Source: Nanobdellota archaeon (GTDB lineage Archaea; Nanobdellota; Nanobdellia; Woesearchaeales; JACQSR01). Taken from it: DNA of 54,565 bases. The translations under genes and the position numbers were made by a program. Numbering within the stretch: the stretch's first letter is position 1; every line of letters starts with the position of its first letter. Location of the stretch: the NCBI GenBank assembly GCA_042577505.1, contig JBHPEA010000002.1:1-54565 (forward strand). The letters run 5' to 3'. Shown in pieces: positions 49,834-54,565 of this stretch. Under the pieces are notes generated by a model that saw only the letters and a program-made list of their open reading frames with translations, did not search any database and was not told the DNA's origin.

Positions 49834-51534
49834 ATGAAGACTTTAATCTTTTGTGAATTAAAAAAGAACCAAAACAGGTTTCTCCAAAATTGGTATATAA
49901 AACAAAAAATCATTCCCACGATTAATAAAATTAAGAAAAGATATCCATCCAGAGTTATTGCAGTAGACGATTTCTCCTCCAAACTCCTAAAAAAATATAA
50001 AATTAGCAACAAATCTTTAAAAGATCATTTATCGGATGATATTAGTAAGAAAATTAATACTAACCTTACTAAGTTTTGCAGACTCATTGCTCCAACTCAT
50101 GGATTGCTCATGAATAAACTGACATTTCTAAACATGAACCTTTGGGATATAGATGAGGTAGTAATCATGGAATATCTTAGACCTATCGTCGAGGATATAA
50201 CCTCATTATCCACCATTATAAAGAACGAAAATCCATCTAAAATCATATTATTCGAAGGCAATACAAAAACTGCCAGAGTAATTAAAGAGATTTCCAATAA
50301 TAAAGGTATCAAGTTATTGGACATTTCAAGTCTTTTATCTGAATCAATATCTCAAATAAAAAATTCCCTATCTACATTCACTCCTCACTTTAATAAACCG
50401 CCTTACTTAACAGCGCTAAGAAAAAAAACCGGTGAGGGTGTTGAACCTTTTTTTAAAAAACAAGAGAAAAGAGTTGTATTTATTGTTGCAACACCAAAAT
50501 GGGGTCAAACAATTAAGAATATATCAAAAAATGTAAAAGACATTCTCGTTATTGGAAGGGAAAAAAACTTAGGCAAGCATTATCCAAAACTAAACTTCCG
50601 TTCATTTGAAGATTATGCTAGTGATACAACAAATAGAAACGCAGATTTCCACCAAAATTATGTTTCACATTTTCACGAGATTGATAGTGACCAATCTTTC
50701 AAATCTAACTTCACTTACAACGGAGTTGCACTATTCAATATTATACCTGAACTTTTTCATTACTTATTTACTTTTAGTCCTGAATATATCCTAACTTATT
50801 ATTATACATTCCAACAAATAATACTTAAAGAAAAACCCTCTGTAATAATTCTTTTCGGAGATAGGACCAAGTTTGGGAAAACAGCTTCGGAAATTTCATT
50901 TCAGTACAAAATACCTACCCTCATTATTCAGCCAACATTTATTTTCGAAAGGGCTATAGATGGCCCTACAAAAGCGGATAAGATCGCAGTATTCGGGCAA
51001 CAAACTATTGATTATCTTATAAGTAAAGGGGGTAATAAAGATGAGTATGTATTAACTGGGAATCCCAAGTATGATGAAATTTTTAATCAAAAATATAATT
51101 CTGTAAAAATTAAGAAGAAATATTCTATTAAAGCAAGGAAAAAAGTCGTTGTTATTCTAAAAGACTCTGATCAAAAATACATAAAAAGGTTGATATCCAA
51201 ACTTAACCAAAATAATAAATACCAATCAATAATTGTTGAAAATCCAAATGATAAACATGAACTTTTTAAGTTGGCAAACATTATTATCACAAAGAATTCA
51301 GTAATAGAAGCTTTATTATTTAATAAAAAAGTTATTGTCCCTCAAAAAGAAAAGAATGATCTAATATCAAATGCTGGAGCAATATATGTAGATCCAAAGA
51401 AGGTTACGCAAACTTTAAATGCATTGGATATTAAACAACATTTAAAAAACAAGAATCTAAAATACCTCACTTACGGAAACGATGGAAAGTCTCACGTTAG
51501 AATTTCAAAATTAATTAAAGACACAATAAAATGA
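49834..51534 (+). CDS. Hypothetical protein; weak GT-B / TagF-capsule-type transferase-like C-terminal half
   Basis: VFGQQTIDYLISKG....VLTGNPKYDEIF followed by KKVVVILKDSD and NIIITKNSVIEALLFNKKVIV. This resembles the G.PR.D / ...ITDYSS.. layout of TagB/TagF-like enzymes, but the resemblance is weak. Confidence 0.3.
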   Translation: MKTLIFCELKKNQNRFLQNWYIKQKIIPTINKIKKRYPSRVIAVDDFSSKLLKKYKISNKSLKDHLSDDISKKINTNLTKFCRLIAPTHGLLMNKLTFLNMNLWDIDEVVIMEYLRPIVEDITSLSTIIKNENPSKIILFEGNTKTARVIKEISNNKGIKLLDISSLLSESISQIKNSLSTFTPHFNKPPYLTALRKKTGEGVEPFFKKQEKRVVFIVATPKWGQTIKNISKNVKDILVIGREKNLGKHYPKLNFRSFEDYASDTTNRNADFHQNYVSHFHEIDSDQSFKSNFTYNGVALFNIIPELFHYLFTFSPEYILTYYYTFQQIILKEKPSVIILFGDRTKFGKTASEISFQYKIPTLIIQPTFIFERAIDGPTKADKIAVFGQQTIDYLISKGGNKDEYVLTGNPKYDEIFNQKYNSVKIKKKYSIKARKKVVVILKDSDQKYIKRLISKLNQNNKYQSIIVENPNDKHELFKLANIIITKNSVIEALLFNKKVIVPQKEKNDLISNAGAIYVDPKKVTQTLNALDIKQHLKNKNLKYLTYGNDGKSHVRISKLIKDTIK

Positions 51535-52538
51535 AAGTTGAACAGGTAATAGAAAAAACAATTGAACAAATAAAGAAAGGTATATCTGACAAGCTTACTA
51601 TTGTATTAATAGGTTCTCAACCATCAGAAAGAACTTACTATAAAGGAAAACTACTTAGCGATATCAACTTAACTATTCTAAATAATCTAGGTATCTTATA
51701 CAGAAAAAGATTAAAGGAAATATCTGAGAAAAATTCTTCTCCTGATCTTCAAATTAATATATTCATAGCGTCACCCCAATTAATTAGAAATAATTTTTCC
51801 ATCTTTTCACTCGAACTAAAAAAATCTGGAAAACTCTTAAACGGAAATAGAAAAAGAATAGATAAGATTAAGATTACAGAAGATACATTACCTAAATGGG
51901 AGGGTCTCCGAACACTTTTTACTAACTATATGTATTCTTCATTTGACTTGAAAGGAATAGAAAATACGTATAGAAACGCAAAAATATACCTTTCTATCGC
52001 TGATGCTTTCTTATGCTTCAATAAAAAATACAAAGTCACATATAAAGAAAAGAGAAATGAAATATTAAAAATTGATCTTCCAAAGGATATAAGGGAAAAG
52101 ATAATGATTTCTTTTGATTTCAAGCTAAATTTGATATCTGATGCCAGCAAATTAAAGAAGATATCTGATAAAAATGAGGCGGTCGAACTACTCTTAAAAT
52201 ACGTAGACCACTTCTTAAAATTATATCTTAATAATGATAAGTCTGCCTTAGAAAACATAAAAACTATCAAATCAAGATTCCCAGTACTCATACACAGGAA
52301 TAATCTATTCTATGTTCATTGTCCTGTCAAATATTTACCTAAAGTAAATATCCTACACTTCAATCCTATAACAATGATAGAATGTGCAATAACGAATGAT
52401 TACAAATCTCTTGGAAAATTTTTCTCTAATCCTCCACTCAACTTCCCAGAATTGACAGAAATATTTATGGCGTATCCTTCATTTATTATAAAAAATGATA
52501 GGCAGATTTTAAGAAAACGAATTAAGAAACTTTCCTAA
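51531..52538 (+). CDS. Hypothetical protein with a possible minimal nucleotidyltransferase-fold N-terminus
   Basis: LIGSQPS...(14 residues between GS and the Asp)...SDINLTIL resembles the GS...D.D pol-beta NTase signature, with the second Asp replaced by Asn. It overlaps the preceding gene by 4 nt. Confidence 0.3.
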   Translation: MKVEQVIEKTIEQIKKGISDKLTIVLIGSQPSERTYYKGKLLSDINLTILNNLGILYRKRLKEISEKNSSPDLQINIFIASPQLIRNNFSIFSLELKKSGKLLNGNRKRIDKIKITEDTLPKWEGLRTLFTNYMYSSFDLKGIENTYRNAKIYLSIADAFLCFNKKYKVTYKEKRNEILKIDLPKDIREKIMISFDFKLNLISDASKLKKISDKNEAVELLLKYVDHFLKLYLNNDKSALENIKTIKSRFPVLIHRNNLFYVHCPVKYLPKVNILHFNPITMIECAITNDYKSLGKFFSNPPLNFPELTEIFMAYPSFIIKNDRQILRKRIKKLS

Positions 52539-53511
52539 CACCTTCTAAGATCATATCGACATCTAAATAATAATCACATGCAGGATTAACTATCCCATTA
52601 CTTTTATAACAACATAAGCAAGGATTATCTTTGAAAACTTTTACCCCTTTATCATACAATTCTATCTCCCATGGACTTGTTGGCCCAAAGAAGACCACTA
52701 TCTTCTTTCCTAGTGCTGTCCCTATATGTAGAGCTAATGTATCTGTGGTAATTATAATATCACATTCATTAATTATCGAACAAAATTCTAGAAGTGAATT
52801 ATGACAACCTGAATCAACAATTTTGCACTTCACATTAGTCATAATCTTAGAATTTCTCACGACCTCCTCTGGACCCCCTAAAAGTATCATTTCAGCGCCT
52901 ATTTCCCTATCTAATCTTTCAATCAACGTTGAGGTTTTCTCGACTGATAACTTTTTTACTGGCCACTTATGACCACCCCCTGTATTTATGGCAATTTTCA
53001 ACCTGTCTTTCCCAAGTTTTTTTCCAAAATTTTCTCCAAATTCAATAGAATCTTGATCCAAAACCAAATTAGGCTTTTGTTTTTCCCATTTTATCCCAAC
53101 AATCTCCGACATTAATTGTTGATAAGTTTTTCTATTGGCTTTTTTTAATTCGTCGTTCTTTGGTTTTTGACCTTGCTTAGACATATCAAACCACTCTTTT
53201 GTTGAAGGGGTACATTTAATTCCGTTATCCCAATAAAAACCAATTTTTCCACACTTCATACTACTAGCAAGCTTACATGCTCTCTCATCTTCATCCAGAT
53301 TTATTACAAGAAAATAATCTCCCTCAACTTTCTCATCTATTGAAAAAATATTATCAATAAAGGGATTGAGTCTTAGTAAATCTCTAGCTTTATCATCAGT
53401 TACCCAATCAATCGTTGCATTATACTTCTCCTTCAAGGATTCTAGTAGAAAGGTTGTTCTAAGTACATCACCCAGTGCTCCCACTTTAATTAAAAGAATT
53501 CTTACCACCAT
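52522..53511 (-). CDS. Glycosyltransferase family 9 (heptosyltransferase-like)
   Basis: ILLIKVGALGDVLRTTFLLESLK N-terminus, GGGHKWP.K and ITTDTLALHIGTALGKK, typical of WaaC/WaaF-type GT9 enzymes. Confidence 0.8.
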   Translation of the reverse strand: MVVRILLIKVGALGDVLRTTFLLESLKEKYNATIDWVTDDKARDLLRLNPFIDNIFSIDEKVEGDYFLVINLDEDERACKLASSMKCGKIGFYWDNGIKCTPSTKEWFDMSKQGQKPKNDELKKANRKTYQQLMSEIVGIKWEKQKPNLVLDQDSIEFGENFGKKLGKDRLKIAINTGGGHKWPVKKLSVEKTSTLIERLDREIGAEMILLGGPEEVVRNSKIMTNVKCKIVDSGCHNSLLEFCSIINECDIIITTDTLALHIGTALGKKIVVFFGPTSPWEIELYDKGVKVFKDNPCLCCYKSNGIVNPACDYYLDVDMILEGVRKVS

Positions 53512-53585
53512 ATAGTTAGGGGAACGTTAGAGTAGATAAAAAACTTATGACAACTTTTAAATAATAAAGTAAATAAAATTCGAGA

Positions 53586-53915
53586 ATGAAGAAAACAAAA
53601 GGGCCCTATTTTGAAATAACTCACAAAGTCACAAAGACTATTGACACAAACAATCAAAATAAAAAGTGGGATCCGGACAAAAAAGGTTATTTTTTAATTC
53701 GAGTAAATAGAAAAACAAAGGAAATTGATGTGGGTTTTGTTACAAAGAATCATAAACTTACTACACATATTATCGGAAAAAAAGCAGATCTCTTGATGGA
53801 TGCAATAATTAAAGAAAGGCTTGTTTCAAATTACAGCCATGCAGCATACTTAGGAAGGGAACTTTACAAAGCAGAAGTTGCTTTAAAATCAACAAAAAGA
53901 TATCTACAAGATTAA
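53586..53915 (+). CDS. Small DUF4346-like protein
   Basis: DKKGYFLIRV...IDVGF...IIGK.A..L...II.....S...HAAYLGRELYKAEVAL matches my memory of DUF4346. Not verified. Confidence 0.4.
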   Translation: MKKTKGPYFEITHKVTKTIDTNNQNKKWDPDKKGYFLIRVNRKTKEIDVGFVTKNHKLTTHIIGKKADLLMDAIIKERLVSNYSHAAYLGRELYKAEVALKSTKRYLQD

Positions 53916-54074
53916 GCGAACTTTTATCCTTTATTGAATTATTCAATATGTCTTATCAAGAATATATACTACAGTATAATATTCATACACTAATCTTTAT
54001 AAACTGGCATCAAATTTCCACTTAAGAAATCCAATATTATGGTTTTCAATAAACACGACGGTGGGTGATATAAC

Positions 54075-54565
54075 ATGGAAGAACACGAACATAACAAAGA
54101 AACCCAACATGAACCTAAAGAAGAACACAAACACGAAGGACATAAACACGAAGAGCACAAGCAAGATGAACCAAAGCATGAAGCTCACGAAGAACATTCT
54201 GTGCATAGGCACGTAAAAAAAGCTAAATCATTAAATGTCTGGAAAGTAGCTACTGTTGTTTTAGCAGTAATACTAATTGTTGTTCTATATAGAGGTCCTT
54301 CGTCTGATGGTGGAGTTGCAGACGCACTTTCAGGTGAAGAGGTTGGAGATAAGACAGTTGAATATGTAAATACCAATTTATTACAAGGTCAGGGAACTGC
54401 TACTGTAAATAGCGTTGAAGAAGCAGGCAACCTTTACAAATTACAACTAAGTGTCAATGGTCAAGATATTGATTCATACGCAACTAAAGACGGAAAACTT
54501 TTCTTCCCCCAAGCATTTGACTTGGATGAAGAACTAGAGGTTCCAGAACCACCTGCACCTACAGA
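54075..54565 (+). CDS. His-rich, single-pass membrane protein, partial (runs off the window); possibly the N-terminal part of a DsbA/thioredoxin-like exported protein
   Basis: Translated by hand from the ATG at 54075, with no stop to the window end. It has 13 His in the first 46 aa, a TM helix (VWKVATVVLAVILIVVL), then an LYKLQLSVNGQDIDSYATKDGKLFFPQAFDL module and a PEPPAPT linker. The ORF is absent from the supplied track because it is open-ended. Confidence 0.6.
   Translation, partial: MEEHEHNKETQHEPKEEHKHEGHKHEEHKQDEPKHEAHEEHSVHRHVKKAKSLNVWKVATVVLAVILIVVLYRGPSSDGGVADALSGEEVGDKTVEYVNTNLLQGQGTATVNSVEEAGNLYKLQLSVNGQDIDSYATKDGKLFFPQAFDLDEELEVPEPPAPT

Noticed and set aside
51531-52538. NTase-fold protein as a CBASS-type cyclic-nucleotide synthase or a toxin-antitoxin MNT.
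   Set aside because: There is no effector, HEPN or Cap-like neighbour. The second catalytic Asp is replaced by Asn, and the gene is translationally coupled to a glycan operon. The context favours a glycan-related or scaffolding role.
53932-53948. AT-rich palindrome TATTGAAT-T-ATTCAATA after the DUF4346-like gene, and TATACT-AC-AGTATA about 20 nt further on.
   Set aside because: Short AT-only palindromes are expected by chance in an intergenic region this AT-rich. They could be a weak terminator hairpin or an operator, but nothing else supports this.
1-54565. Scan for CRISPR arrays, tRNA/rRNA genes, transposases, integrases and long direct repeats.
   Set aside because: I saw no regularly spaced repeats, no tRNA-like cloverleaf candidates in the intergenic regions, no rRNA-like GC-rich blocks, and no ORF with transposase, integrase or Cas motifs. 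The only exact long repeat is the terminal fold-back at 1-42/300-341.

Overview
The window reads as a compact, AT-rich archaeal chromosome segment with no visible mobile elements, CRISPR arrays, tRNAs or rRNAs. The archaeal assignment rests on an A-type atpHIKECFABD operon, ribosomal protein L15e, RFC large subunit, Rad50 with a zinc hook, archaeal-type NMNAT and archaeal-type ValRS. Many proteins are shorter than usual and genes overlap or abut, so I infer a small-genome (possibly DPANN-like) archaeon; this is not proven. The left half (1-25.3 kb) is housekeeping. It holds valS (5' part, cut off by a contig-end fold-back), rfcL, a GC-richer structured ncRNA candidate, NMNAT and a grpE-[3 small genes]-dnaK-dnaJ operon with a divergent wHTH regulator. 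It also holds L15e, PGI/PMI, an orphan rad50, the ATP synthase operon and a 737-aa secreted protein with about 98 cysteines. The right half (25.3-53.5 kb) is one large surface-glycan locus with three parts. The first is a radical-SAM / methyltransferase / minimal split transketolase / SDR cassette. The second is a complete NDP-heptose pathway with an unusual adenylyltransferase-GmhB fusion, a B12-radical SAM enzyme and a GT9 heptosyltransferase. The third is a nonulosonic (sialic/legionaminic-like) acid operon with a CBS-SDR fusion, an ATP-grasp enzyme and two uncharacterised terminal genes. I saw no recognisable defence system. The most novel-looking content is the glycan chemistry, the three genes embedded in the Hsp70 operon, the ncRNA candidate and the Cys-rich surface protein. 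All functional calls come from motif recognition by eye, with no database search.
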